DNA of 64,000 nt from Negaprion brevirostris (GCA_030324005.1 JARDVH010000163.1:107246678-107310677), one strand, 5' to 3'. Counted from the stretch's first letter, positions 37,351 to 50,130 are shown. The notes: generated by a model from the sequence alone, not told the origin. Program-made: numbers and translations.

Positions 37351-37475
37351 AGAGCTCTGACGAAGAGTCATCCAGACTTGAAATGTTGGCTGTATTTCCT
37401 CTCTGCAGATACTGTCAGACCTGCTGAGATTTTCCAGCATTTTCTGTTTTTGTTTTAGATTCCAGCATCCGTAGT
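37351..37475 (+). mobile_element. Single (right) arm of the palindromic Penelope-derived element, with the clearest hammerhead motif of that family
   Basis: agagct-CTGACGA-A-GAGTC-atcca-GACTT-GAA-ATGT-T-ggct, followed by cagatactgtcagacctgctgagattttccagcattttctg. Confidence 0.8.
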
Positions 37476-38966
37476 AATTTGCTTATGTCTTTAAGATATA
37501 GTTGCTTTGCTTTTTCTTTGACAGTACACAGACCAAGATCAAAGGCCTCATAACAGAATCCATTATAAATTATAGAAACAAATTACTTGCTATTTATAAT
37601 CTGAGGAAATATCACCACAGTTAGAAACCATGCACAGCATGGAAAACCGCTCAAGGAGTTAAAACATTTTTTCTTCTGACCTTCATCCCTTACAGCGCAA
37701 CCTAGTATATGATGGGGTATGTCACCACCACCTTGAAGCCCCCAGATTGCCATTGTTGATTTGGTAGTCATTTTCTCCCACTCTTCCAACCTCATTCCAA
37801 AATAGTAGCTGGGTACAGCTCCTGGGCTCTGACATGTTTTACCTCTCTCCACTCTGCACCAACTAAATAAAATTGATGCACACAAGCATTGGATCTCCCT
37901 GTACCCAACAAGAGTACACATGGCCTCCTGTGACTTTCAGTTGAGTTATCAATACAGGACATACTGTCTACTGTACAAGATACAGTGCAAACCTGCTGCC
38001 TAAAACCCCATGTTTCACTGTTGTCACAGGCAGAATTCATATTTTGCTATTGTCTGTGATGAAAGTGTTTGTATGTGAGATGTTTGTTTTCTTATCTTCA
38101 GTGTGGTTATTCCAATTCAAATAACTTCAGCAGCAAGTTACTTTGAGTTTTAAAATAAGGAAGGTTATTTATTATTCCACATTTTCCTGGAGATTTAAAA
38201 GCTCAAATATCACATGCTGACTTGAAGATTAAATAGAAATGAGGGGAAAAAAGTTACAATTTAGGATTATTTCAGTCTCTTTCATAGCAAGTCTGTAGAT
38301 ACATAGATGAGTTGATACTTTTGCTAGAGTGAGATTTTTGAAAAGCACAGGATTCTCAGTAAGCTATTAGGCTTCTTGTAGTTGAATTACCAGGAGGTTG
38401 TTTTTCAGGTGAATTTGACATGGGAACAGGCTGGAAATAATCCTTCTTTCACTTTCAAGGTATTGCTGTTTATTACCTTGGCTTCTTACTTTTTGCACAT
38501 CTCCCTGTCTCTCTCTGAAGAGCTGATTCTTGCTGTTTTGAAAGCAGGCAACAACCATGGCAGTCTCATCCATGTGACCTGTTATCCAAAGTCCTTTTCC
38601 AAACATGGTGGTGTGTTACGCCAATAAACATCATGCTTGTATGGGTGTTACGGTGGCACTGCTGCCTCACAGCACCAAGGACCTGGATTCAAGGACGAAG
38701 GCGAGAGAATGGAGAATTTTTCATTTGGAGAGCTGCTGCAGGCACAATGGGCCAGATAACCCCCCTCTGTGACTCCAAATAATCTAGGAATCGAAATCAG
38801 AGAGAAAACTTGCCACTGTTTGGAGTGATAACTCAAGGAAAGACAAAGGAAAGTTATTATTGTTGGAGGATGCCAACTAAAACCTGGACAATAATCAGGT
38901 TTGGGCTGCTATGTGACAAATTACATTTCTGCCACGCAGGTGCCAGACAATGACCATCTCTAACAA

Positions 38967-39756
38967 CAATAAGAAGTCTCAAGACACCAGGTTAAAGTCC
39001 AACAGGTTTATTTGGTAGTACAAGCTTTCAGAGTATTGCTCCTTCATCAGATGAATGAGAAGCTGTGTTCACAAACAGCGCGTATGTAGATACAAACTCA
39101 GTTTACAAGATAATGGTTGGACTGAGAGTCTTTACAGGTAATCAAGTCTTAATGGTACAGACAATGTGAGTGGAGAGAGCGTTAAGCACACGTTAAAGAG
39201 GTATGTACTGTCTCCAGCCCAGACAGTTGGTGAGATTTTGCAAGCACGGACAAGTCGTGGAGGTTACGTGAACCCAGGATCCCAGTTGAGGCCGTCCTCG
39301 TGTGCGGAACTTGGCTATCAGTTTCTGCTCAGCGATTCTGCATTGTCATGTGTCATGAAGGCCACCTTGGAGAACAGTTACCCGAAGATCAGAGGCTGAA
39401 TGCCCATGACTACTGAAGTGTTCCCTGACAGGAAGAAAACACTCCTGCCTGGTGATTGTCGAGCGGTGTTCATTCATCCAATACACGCCTCTTTAACTTG
39501 TGCTTAACCCTCCCTCCACTCACATTGTCTGTACCTTTAAGACTTGATTACCTGTAAAGACACGCATTCCAACCATTATCTTGTAAATTGAGTTCGTGTT
39601 TGTATATGTCCTGTTTATGAACACAACTCCTCACTCACCTGATGAAGGAGCAGTACTCCAAAAGCTTGTGCTGCCAAATAAATCTGTTGGACTTTAACCT
39701 GGTATTGTGAGAATTCTTACTGTGCTTACCCCAATCCAAAGTTGGCATCGCCACAT
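38967..39756 (-). mobile_element. 5'-truncated Penelope-like element with inverted pseudo-LTR and 12-bp TSD
   Basis: TSD catctctaacaa at 38955-38966 and 39757-39768. Inverted arms of ~235 bp (~38970-39205 and ~39483-39718). The minus strand 39480-39265 encodes WMNEHRSTITRQECFLPVREHFSSHGHSASDLRVTVLQGGLHDT*QCRIAEQKLIAKFRT/EDGLN, a GIY-YIG endonuclease C-terminal half. Confidence 0.9.
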
Positions 39757-40124
39757 CATCTCTAACAAGACAGAATCTAACCAATTGCATTACCATCATT
39801 GAATCCCCCAAATAATATGCTGCTCTACCCTATCTAAATGCATCATTTCACTTCCAGAAGGATGTTAAATGCTTTATAAATTGTGCAGAAAAGACTTATG
39901 AGAATGATTCCAGTGGTGAGGGAACAGGGAGTAGATTAGTGAGTAACGCCAACAGTGTGGGTTCAGTTCCTCTGCCAGCTGAGATATTCATGAAGGTCAC
40001 ACCTTCTCAGCCTTGCCCCTCACCTGAAATGCCATCAGATTAAATCCCCAGTAGTCAGTTCTTCCCTTGAAGGAGAGAGCTGCCTACAGTCGCCTGGGAT
40101 AATGGTGACTTTACCTTTAGTTAT

Positions 40125-40315
40125 GACACTGCCTGAAAGGGAGTTGAAGACCGATTCAATTGTGGCTTTCAAAAATGAATTGGATAAACAGTAGAAAGAG
40201 AAAGGAAATGCAGGACAAAGAGAAAAGAGCAGAGGGATGGGATGCAATAAATTTAAGTTGGCATGGGTTCAACAGACCAAATGACCACCTGTGCTGGAAC
40301 AGTCTATGATTCTGT
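40125..40315 (+). mobile_element. CR1-type LINE 3' end fragment
   Basis: ctgcctgaaagggagttgaagaccgattcaattgtggctttcaaaaatgaattggat gives the LPE..V......FK.ELD motif. The tail is gaccaaatgaccacctgtgctg...ctatgattct. Confidence 0.65.
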
Positions 40316-40359
40316 ACTTTAAAACACAATAATCTTTCTGCGTTTGAAGTTTGAGTTAG

Positions 40360-40530
40360 TCTGAAGATGTGTGGGTTAGGTTGATTGGCCATGCTAAATT
40401 GACCCTAGTGTCAGGGGGATCAGCAGGGTAAATATGTGGGGTTGCAGGAATAGGGTCTGGGTGGGACTGTGGTCGGTTCAGACTTGATGGGCCAAATGGC
40501 TTCGTTTGGTACTGTAGGGATTCTTTGATT
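40360..40530 (+). mobile_element. HE1-like SINE, 3' half
   Basis: gaagatgtgtgggttaggttgattggccatgctaaattg ... atgggccaaatggc...actgtagggattct matches the 3' half of 21328-21643 and 49830-50130. Confidence 0.8.
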
Positions 40531-41184
40531 TAATATCTCAGATTCATATATTTTAAACTTGCTCAAATACTCTGCTTTTAAAATCCAATATTTAGATTAA
40601 TTTTGTTACTGTTTCAAAATGTACCTCTTGAAAAATGATGAAAAGATCAAAGGTACATAACACTGTTCCCACCACTTGTGTGGATCCCTTGTCTTTGAGC
40701 TCTACAAAACACCATCTCCACTAGGTACACCACACATTATGGGAGCCCAATTGCATGGAAATCAGGTTTGTCTTGAATTGGCTCTGCAGTTAATTCTAGC
40801 AGACATGCTCATCTTTATCCCAGATGGATGCTGCTCCTGGGTTACTGGTTGCCACCACATTATCATACGCCATTTGGATGAGGTACCTATGTGCCAATGA
40901 GTGGCAGTTTCTGCCTTCAGCAAGGGAGTGAACTGTTTGATTTACCATTTAAATAAAGGCTGTGACTTCCTGCATGGGGTATAGTGTACTCCTGCTGCCC
41001 AAATCTCCTATATTCCTCTCTAACAGAATATTCTCTCTACACTTCTGAAAAACAGCAAGAAATAACTTAGTATGGAAAAACAATCAAANNNNNNNNNNNN
41101 NNNNNNNNNNNNNNNAAACAGGTTTTTAACAGGTAATTTCTTATCTGTCTCTCTGCTCCTTCACTCGTCTGCTCCAGCACACAA

Positions 41185-41720
41185 TGATTAAGCTAGTTCC
41201 AATTGCCTCTTTGGCCCGTATCCCTCTATACCAGTCTTATCCATGTAATTCTCTAAATGTTTTTTAAAAGGTGAAATTGTACCTGCGTCTACTATTGCTT
41301 CTGGCAGCTTGTTCCGGTCACTCACCACCTTCTGCGTGAAAAAATTGACCTCCTGGACTCTTTTGTGTATCTCCTCTCTCACTTTAAACCTATGTCCTCT
41401 GGTCTTAGGCTCCCCTATCTTTGGGAAAATATGTTGTCTACCTTTCCTATGCCCTTCATTATTTTATAGACCTCGATAAGATCACCCCTAAACCTCCTAT
41501 GCTCCAGGGTGAAAAAGGTCCCAGTCTACCCAGCCTCCTCTTATAACTCAAACCATCACATCCTGAAAGCATCTTAGGAAATCTTTTCAGCACTCTTTCT
41601 ACTTTAGTAATATCCTCTCTATAATAGGGTGACTAGAACTGTACGCACTATTCCAAGTGTGGCCTTACCAATATCTTATACAACTTCCTACTCCTGGATT
41701 CAATATTCTGACCAGTGAAG
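41185..41720 (-). mobile_element. CR1/HER1-type LINE 3' fragment
   Basis: The minus ORF 41188-41382 has FFTQKVVSDRNKLPEAIVDAGTISPFKKHLENYMD, the conserved CR1 ORF2 C-terminal motif. Confidence 0.85.
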
Positions 41721-42679
41721 CCTACTCTTGCTTTGGGGGATTTGTGTAGCTTTTTAAAAGATGCCCCAGTATTGGGCTCATACTTAATCATTTATCAATA
41801 TTTTAAAATATTACCAAATGTGTTTCCTTTAAGAAAATGCATTTTGAAATGGCCTTGTTTTAAAAATTTTTTGTAACATTTCTAACAGGATGACATTTTC
41901 TTAATAGCATTGTCATGCACAGGCGACTCGCCCTATTTGTGCATGCACAAAACTAACATTCTACTACTCCTTTAAGGATTGTTGCAAGTGCTTAATTTTT
42001 TAAATATTAAATTGTAATTTTCTTCCACTTAGCACTTGCCCTGAAAATAAAATATTATTCTCTGATGTAAATTCAGGTTTTTCTCCTCAAGTGGCAGCAA
42101 TTTGAGAAAATTGATACAAGTACTAAGCAGTAAAATTTATTGACTTGGACAGAACCATGTCTACAACACGGTTCCAAAATGCCATTCAGAGAATCGTGCA
42201 TCACATTGACCGATTATCATTTTTATACTTGGATTTGTTTGTTTTTCTGGAGATTCTTTTTGTGTACTTGAATTGTTTCTGAAGGTCCAACGATGTATTT
42301 TATTTGAAAATGTTTTGAGTCATACCTCTGCACCTGGCTGAAATCTAGTGAGATAACACATTAAAATGACTGAGGCTGTCCTTAAAATTAAAGACCTAGA
42401 GAATAGATATGTCTTCAACCTCCTGGCTTCCCAGCATCAGGTTCAGGGAGTACCTCAAAGATGCGCTGGAAAGTCCCTCTTGGAAGTTTCCAGGCAAGGG
42501 TTTGCCTGGTAATTGTCCGGAAGGAGTTAACAGGGCTGGGAACTGTCTGACAAAGTGATTTAAATTGCTAGTTTCAGATGGTTCTATCAGTTTTACACTC
42601 AGTTGTTCTGAAAAGTTAGAGGGAATAAAAGTGTTTCTAATTTCAGTGCAACTATTTTAAAGACTCAGACCGAGCCCGC

Positions 42680-43170
42680 ACGAGACACCAACCTGACCCC
42701 CCTGCCCACAGAATTCCATCTCCCATCCACATGGGATCCCCATCCCCATCTTCCTGACGGATCAAGCCCAACCACCCATCCTGTCTCGCACCCCACGTTG
42801 TCCAACTGACCTTGCCCACACTGTCCGACTCCTCCCTTCGTATGCCTCACTCCCCCATTCCCCCAGGTCAGATACACCTCCTTCCCCACCACCACCCCCA
42901 CCCGCCCAACCCTTCCCATCCAATTCCTTCAACCCGATGTCCAACGTCCACCCCCTGTTGACTGACTCTCCCCTGCCGATGTCCAGCTGCCCCAGTGACT
43001 AATTCCCCTTGACACCCGACTCCCTGTCCCCACCGCTGCACTCCCTCTTCNNNNNNNNNNNNNNNNNNNNNNNNNNNNNNNNNNNNNNNNNNNNNNNNNN
43101 NNNNNNNNNNNNNNNNNNNNNNNNNNNNNNNNNNNNNNNNNNNNNNNNNNTTCCCCGATGTCCCACTCAG
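42680..43170. repeat. C-rich degenerate tandem/low-complexity tract spanning an N gap
   Basis: Reiterated ccc(c)gatgtcc, cccactgtcc and ccacccc-like units, embedded in a larger decayed element (~42400-43360). Confidence 0.6.
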
Positions 43171-45339
43171 TGCCATAAGAAAGGAGCCTCCTCCACTCTG
43201 CTCCAATCACAGTTCGCCAGTGGAACTGGGATGCACTTTGCAGCTTGAGTCTCCCCTGCCCTGAGTCAGGAAGGTTGGATGAGGCAGACACTTGAGCATT
43301 TTAGTGCAGGTATGTCAAGCCAATGCTGATTGACACTCCAAGGAAGTTATGGCCCATAGAGTTTCATCATGGCTTGGGGGCATTTCTAATAATTTTGCTT
43401 GGAATGTGGTTATGTCAGAATTTATAGAGCAAATTGAAATGAATAGGTTACAGGATCTCAAATTTCAGTGCACTAATCCCATGTTTTTAGGCAACAGTGT
43501 ACTTATTGTTTAATCTTCCTTTTGTACCTCCAAATTTTCTCACCCAAAGGTGACGGCATTCCAAAAGTGACAGCCCTCAATTACTTCCCATGAGTACCCA
43601 CTTTACATGTATGAACTGTCAGGAAGCTGATTGACTATGGAGGCTTCACTATTTCCCTTCTGTCCACACACCTGCAGTTCCGACTAGGGATTCTCTAGAC
43701 ACTAATCAGGCGCAGAAAACCTGGTGGTAATTGCTTGAGCTCCCAACTTAAGTGATAGACCAGCTGTGGTGCCTTTGGACCATTGCAGTACAGTGCAGTC
43801 TTTTAAAAGGCTAGAGAAAGTGTTAAAATAGTACGTTTAAAAAGTCTGTCATCTTAAGATACTTTAAGACTAAATGTTGATCTTTCAAAGCCATGGCATT
43901 TTTGGTATGTTGCCATTTACCTTTGCAAAGCTATCTGACAAGCTTTCAACCCTCAATTGTAGACTCCATTTTGAAAAGGGACACAGAGACATGACGTAAA
44001 TTCTTAGCTCTGATCATTTTTATACTTTACCAACTAGAATATCTCTTTCTTTGAAATTTCAAATGCAGTTTGTGAATTTTCAGTATATTTCATTAACCCA
44101 AAGTGCTGAACTTTGTAACCACGTTGATTTGGTGCTTCTGTTTTTAAGATTCAGGGTTTCTTTGGATTTCTTCCTTTCCCTTATTTTGTAAAACAAAATA
44201 TTTTAATTTTCCTCCTGTCTTTTGGTATCTTGGGCTACATATTATAGCTCCAGCTAATATAAAAGGATGTTGAAGTCGTGATTAGAAGGCCCAAAAGTGT
44301 GGGTGACTCTATCATTAAATGTCATTCCATTATTTTGTGGTGAACTTGGTTTCTGTCGATAGCTTCATCCACAGCCCCCTTCCTGGCTGCCCTCTCCCTG
44401 GTCGCCCACACACACACACACGTGGTTTCTGTCGATTGCCTCATCCACAGGCTCTTTCCCACTCGAGGCTGGGAGGATAATGTTAGAATCAACCATGTAT
44501 TGCATGGTGCTTATTGCTGGTCTGTCCAGATGGTCATTCTCATGGTGAACCTTGTATTTAAAGTAATTCCAGCACCACTGGGTTACATTCATTGCAAAAT
44601 ATGTTTCCAATGATGAGAGATTATAGGTGAATGAAATAATTATTATTTGAGGCAGGTATAGGTTTGTCAAAACCAATGCTTATGCATCTTCTTTCACCAC
44701 CTTCCTATAATGCAAGCACGCTGAATAGATTTAAATTAAATAAAGCATTGGGAAAGACGAGACCAAGAACATTTCCACCACTATTCATTTCGTGCCCATT
44801 CCCCCAAAGAGCACCAAACCTGTGTTGAGCTAATTAATAAGCTGGAGAAAGACCTGTATTCGTGAGCTCTCTCTCATATATACATATAGAGTGACACATC
44901 TGAACGACAAATGGTGGTCATGAAAGCATATGGACAGTCATCAAGAAAGCTGTATATGCCACATCTATAGAAGTATTTGGCTTTATTAAATGCAACACAT
45001 TGAATTGATGACAGTGATGAGGAAATCAGATCAATTCTGGATTTGATGCATACAGCTCCTCTTTCCTGGATTAATGCCAAAAGCTGTTCTTTGAAGATGA
45101 CTACATACCAGGAATTAAAGCAGCCGGCTCAAAGTAAACTTTGTGATGGAAGATGAATGCTGGTCGACTGCAGGCGAACAGAGCTTGAAAGGCTTCAACA
45201 ATGAACTAAAGTCTGTATTTGCACCAAAATCAAGTAGCACAATCGTATGTTCTGAGTAAAGATGCTTGAAAGTCACTAAATTACCAAGCCGAAATCTTGC
45301 AGTGCTGTGTACCACACCTTTGGTTAGATATATTGACGT

Positions 45340-45690
45340 TGAAGTGAGTGCATCATAGATTTACTAGAATGATAAGCTTAACTCCAAAGATTAAATGATA
45401 AGAAGGGAGTATACAAACTGTGGCTGTGTTCCTTGGAATTTAGAAGTTTAAAGGGGTGATTTCTTTAAAGGGAACTGGTAGATAAAGAGAAACTACTTTT
45501 GTTGGTATGCACATTTAGGACCTAGAACATAGTCTAAAAATTAGAGGTAAGCCTTTCAGCAATGAAGCTGAGATACATTTCCACACACACAGGATGGTGG
45601 AAGTTTGAAGTTTTGTTCTGCATGTGTCAACTGATGCTGGGTAAATTATTCATTTTAAAATTGACATTGATAGATTATTGTTTAAAAAGG
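45340..45690 (+). mobile_element. Decayed CR1 LINE C-terminal fragment
   Basis: agagtgcat...agatttactagaatgata ... ttagaagtttaaaggggtgatt ... ggacctagaacatagtctaaaa follows the VQRRFTRM..., RLRGD, RTRGHSLK pattern. Confidence 0.55.
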
Positions 45691-45702
45691 GAAAAAAGTA
45701 TC

Positions 45703-46030
45703 CGCATTTATACAGTGTCATTGAACATCCCAAAGTGCTTCACAGCCATTGGGGTGTTTTTGAAGGTGGTCACAGTTGCGATGGCTGTCATGTTTCCATA
45801 CAATGTGCACAACAGCAATATGATAATGACCTGACATGGTCTTTGTGATGTTCGTTGACGGCTAAATAATGACCAAGGCAGTGGGGATAACTCACTTGCT
45901 CTTCTTTGGAATAGTGCCCTAAGACAGTTAACATCCACATGAGAGGGCTGACAGGGGCTGTTGGTTTAACATCTCATCTGAAAGATGGCACTTCCAACAG
46001 TGAGGCACTCCCTCAGGAATGCACTGGAGC
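45703..46030 (-). mobile_element. Deu-SINE (SacSINE1-like)
   Basis: The minus strand reads CTCCAGTGCATTCCTGAGGGAGTGCCTCACTGTTGGAAGTGCCATCTTTCAGATGAGATGTTAAACC (Deu domain), then the L2-type tail GGCTGTGAAGCACTTTGGGATG. Fragments also occur at ~16828-16895 (+), ~55995-56105 (+), ~58265-58400 (+) and ~61075-61250 (-). Confidence 0.8.
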
Positions 46031-46649
46031 AGTGGTTCCCAGTCTGTCTCATGTCAGGGCACACCTCTATACTGGAAAAAAAAATTGAGGCATATCTCCT
46101 ATTTTCTCTGTCTTCCTCCCTTACTGGGAACTTAGTTTTTAACTTCTCCCTGCCCTCTCGCCTGTGTTTCTTTTTCATCCTCTCCCTGTCTCTCTCTCTC
46201 TAACTTCTTCCAGGGTTTCTGTGCCTTTTTGCTTTTTGTGCAGATGCATGGAACCTTTGTCTTCAGCTCCANNNNNNNNNNNNNNNNNNNNNNNNNNNNN
46301 NNNNNNNNNNNNNNNNNNNNNNNNNNNNNNNNNNNNNNNNNNNNNNNNNNNNNNNNNNNNNNNNNNNNNNNNNNNNNNNNNNNNNNNNNNNNNNNNNNNN
46401 NNNNNNNNNNNNNNNNNNNNNNNNNNNNNNNNNNNNNNNNNNNNNNNNNNNNNNNNNNNNNNNNNNNNNNNNNNNNNNNNNNNNNNNNNNNNNNNNNNNN
46501 NNNNNNNNNNNNNNNNNNNNNNNNNNNNNNNNNNNNNNNNNNNNNNNNNNNNNNNTCCTTTTTTATATTTAGCGCTAGCCTAGATTCATAGTCTATCCTT
46601 CCTTTCTTTATCAACTTCTTCGTCATTCTTTGAGGACGTCATTCTTTGA

Positions 46650-48810
46650 AGAGGGGACTACATGCATGCTAACCAGAGGGAGTAGCAAAGTGATTCCACA
46701 ATCAATGGTTCAGATCAAAGCTCTGCAGTCCTACCACATCCAGCCATGATTGGTGTGGATAATTAAATAAGTAATGGGAGGAGAAAATGACATGAGCATC
46801 CCGATCCTCAGTGGTAGGGGAGCCCAACACGTGAGTACGAAAGATGAGGCTAAAGGGTTTGCAGCCACCTTCTGCCAGAGAATACAAGAACATAAGAAAT
46901 AGGAGCAGGAGCAGGCCATCTAGCCCCTCGAGCCTGCCCTGCCATTCAGTAAGATTATGGCTGATCTGAAGTGGATCAATTCCACTTACCAGAGTACGTA
47001 ATACAACTTGGCCTCCTCTTCACCAGTATTGAAGTCAATCATTAACCATGTCGACTCACTCCATGTGATATCGGGAAATGACTGAGCATGCTGTATACAG
47101 CAGAGGCTACGGGTCCTGACAACATCCCAGCTGTGAGTGCTGAAGACATGTTCTCCAGAACCAGCTGTTCCTCCAGTCAATCTGTCCCTGTGCATCTACA
47201 ACACTGATACCTACGTGACAAAGTGGAAAATTGCCCACATACGTCCTAGCCAGAAAAGGCAAGACAAATCCAGCTTGGTTAATTACACCACTCCTCCACC
47301 TCCCCCACCACCACAACCACCAACCCCCCCCAGTAATGAGAAGTATCATTGACAATAATTATTCGTCAATAATCTGCGCATCATTGCTTAGTTTGGGTTC
47401 CGCCACGGTAATTTTGGCTCCAAACATCACAACAGCCTTGATTCAAATATGGATAAAAGAAGCTGAATTCAAGATCAGATGAGAGTGACTGGCTGTATAT
47501 TAAGGAGCTCCAGTTATGTTGATAAGATTGAGGAGGAAAAATCTCCACTAGTGTAATCATACCTAACAAAGAAAGATGCCTGGGATATTGGAGACCAAGC
47601 ATCTTAGCTTCAGAAAATCACTTCAGGACTTCCTCAGGGTAGTGTACTAGATCTGGCCATCTTTGGCTGTTTCATCAATATCCTTCTTTTCACCATAAGG
47701 TCAGAAGTTGAAATGTTTGGTGATGAATGCAAAACGTTCAGTATTATTAGAGACTTCTCGGGTACTGAAAGAGTCTGTGACTGTCTGCATCAAGACCTGG
47801 ACAACTTTCAGGCTTGGGCTTATAAGTAGAACATGACATTCATGCTGCACAAGTATTAGGGAATGACTATCTGCAACAAGAGAGACATTCAGTTACATTA
47901 CCAAACCTAACGAGATGGAGTACAGGAAAGAGACAGAGAATCTGGTGAATTGGTGCGGTGACAATAATCTCTCCCTCAATGTCAACAAATTGAAGGAGAT
48001 AGTCATCAACTTCAGGAAGTGTAGGGGATCAATCAATGGGGATGAAGTAAAAATGGTCATGAGCTTCATGTTTTTAGGTTCCCAGATCACCAACAGCTTG
48101 TCCTGGTCCCTCCATGCCAATGCTATAGTTAAGAAAGTCCACCAACACTTCTACTTTCTCAGGAGACTAAGGAAATTTGGCATCTCTGCTATTACTCTGA
48201 CCAACTTTTATAAATGCGCCATAGAAAGCATTCTTTCTTGTTGTATCACAACTTCGTATGGCTCCTGCTCTGTCCAAGACCACAATCAACTGGAAAGGGT
48301 CGTGAACAAAGCCCAGTCCATCACACAAACCAACCTCTCATCCATTGACACCGTCTACATATCCTGCTGCCTTAGAAAAGCAAAAGCAGCCAGCATGATC
48401 CAGGACCCCATGCACTCCAGACATACTCTCTTCCAGATACAAAAGTCTGAGGATGCATACCAACCGAAGAACAACTTCTTCCCTGTTTTCATCGGACTTT
48501 TGAATGGAACTACCTCACATTAAGTTGATCCTTTGCTGCACACTAACTAACTGTAACACTACATTCTGCACTCCCTCCTTTCCTTTTCTATGTATGTTTT
48601 GCCTGTATAGCTGTATGTACCATATTCAGGACGGACTGCAGCAGATCACCAAAGTTTCTTTGGTGCAACCTTCAGTGAACTCCATCACTTAGAAGAACAT
48701 GGACAGCAGGTGCATGGGAATACCACACCAGGTTCCTCTCTAAATCTCACCTAATGCTGTCTTGGAAATTTTTCCCTGTTCCTTCATCTCTGCTGCTTCA
48801 AAATCCTGAT
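46650..48810 (+). mobile_element. Decayed CR1-clade LINE ORF2 (RT region), interrupted by nested insertions
   Basis: ATGPDNIPA..LKTCSPEP...KWKIAHIRPSQKRQDKSSLVNY at 47105-47290, and cttcctcagggtagtgtacta (PQGSVL) with atgtttggtgatgaa (FADD-like) at 47625-47730. The element resumes after 48620. Confidence 0.75.
47895..48620 (+). mobile_element. Rex1/Babar-clade LINE 3' fragment nested in the CR1-type LINE
   Basis: ORF 47915-48523: YRKETENLVNWCGDNNLSLNVNKLKEIVINFRK...FLGSQITNSLSWSLH...KKVHQHFYFLRRLRKF...FYKCAIESILS is the typical Rex1-type RT C-terminus. Confidence 0.85.
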
Positions 48811-49829
48811 GTGTTACAGGTACTGGATGGCACCCTTTACTGTAGCATCAGTGCCCAGATTCTTTATGATGTATATGTTTCAGTGGGAATTGAGTGCATA
48901 TTTGACACACTCTCAGCAATGAATGCTGTTGGCAAATTATTTCCACTTTCAGGCAGTTTGTTTTCTTGGTAAATTGGCCAAATCCCAGATGGAATTTATG
49001 TTATATAACCTGCATGAATCCCAGATTCCTGTTTCCCTGCCAGAGGAATGTTGGCCATGCAAAATGTGGTTCTCATGCTTCCTTTTCCTCCTAGAGTTTC
49101 ATCTCTTTGTTAAAACAGACTAGGAAGAGCAGCTTTCCATAAAGGAGAGGTTTGGCATTTTATATTGGCTAGACCTTGATTGAATGGTTAAAAGAGCTAG
49201 TCTCTAGGTGTCATACTATTTTTCACATTTAGAAAACATATTAACACGGGTATACTGAGGAAAAATGTTAATTGATGCCAGGATAAGGAAAATAATTAAT
49301 TATGTGATTATATGTGATGAAATTTTTCCCATATGGAAAATTTACATTGTAGATTAAGATCCGGTTCTTTTGCGTTACTTAGTAATGTTCAGACTTTGTT
49401 CTGAAATCCTGCTGGAGATTGTAGCATTTTCCTTGGGAAGAGGAGTGGATATGAAAAGGCGACTGCCAAGTTGATAGAATGAAATGTTGGGCACTTTCTT
49501 CAATTGTGTACAACTTATAAAGATAAGGTACGNNNNNNNNNNNNNNNNNNNNNNNNNNNNNNNNNNNNNNNNNNNNNNNNNNNNNNNNNNNNNNNNNNNN
49601 NNNNNNNNNNNNNNNNNNNNNNNNNNNNNNNNATAAAGATAAGGTACGAAATAGATCTACTGGATCTTAAATAGAAATGATAGCTCAATTTAAGTAATTT
49701 CAAGAATGATGCATCAAAGGACTTTAGCATTACAGCACAGCTGATACTCACTTAAAATATTATTATTTTGACTGTCAGCACTCGGGGATGTTTATTTTAG
49801 AAGTGCTCATTTGGAATAGGAATGAACTA

Positions 49830-50130
49830 GAATTATAGAATCTCTACAATGCACAAGGAGACCATTTAGCCTATCAAGCCTGCACTGGCCACAATTCCAC
49901 CCAGATCCTATCCCCGTAACCCATGTATTTACCCTGACACTAAGTGACAATTTAGCGTGGCCAAACAACCTAACCTGCACATCTTTGGAGTGTGGGAGGA
50001 AACCAGAGACCTGGAGACAACCCACACAGACACGGAGAACATGCAAACTCCATACAGTCACCCAAGGCCGGAATTAAACCCAGGTCCTTGACGCTATGAG
50101 GCAGCAGTGCTAACCACTGTGCTATCATGT
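49830..50130 (-). mobile_element. HE1-like V-SINE
   Basis: Minus-strand GCACAGTGGTTAGCACTGCTGCCTCA head, V-domain TGGAGTTTGCATGTTCTCCGTGTCTGTGTGGG and tail GTAGAGATTCTAT. Confidence 0.9.

Noticed and set aside
47915-48523. Longest ORF (202 aa) as a possible host gene
   Set aside because: It is a 5'-truncated Rex-Babar LINE RT C-terminus, lacking the catalytic core and degenerating towards its end.
49517-49648. ataaagataaggtacg repeated on both sides of a 100-N gap
   Set aside because: Typical contig overlap at a scaffold join, not a biological duplication.
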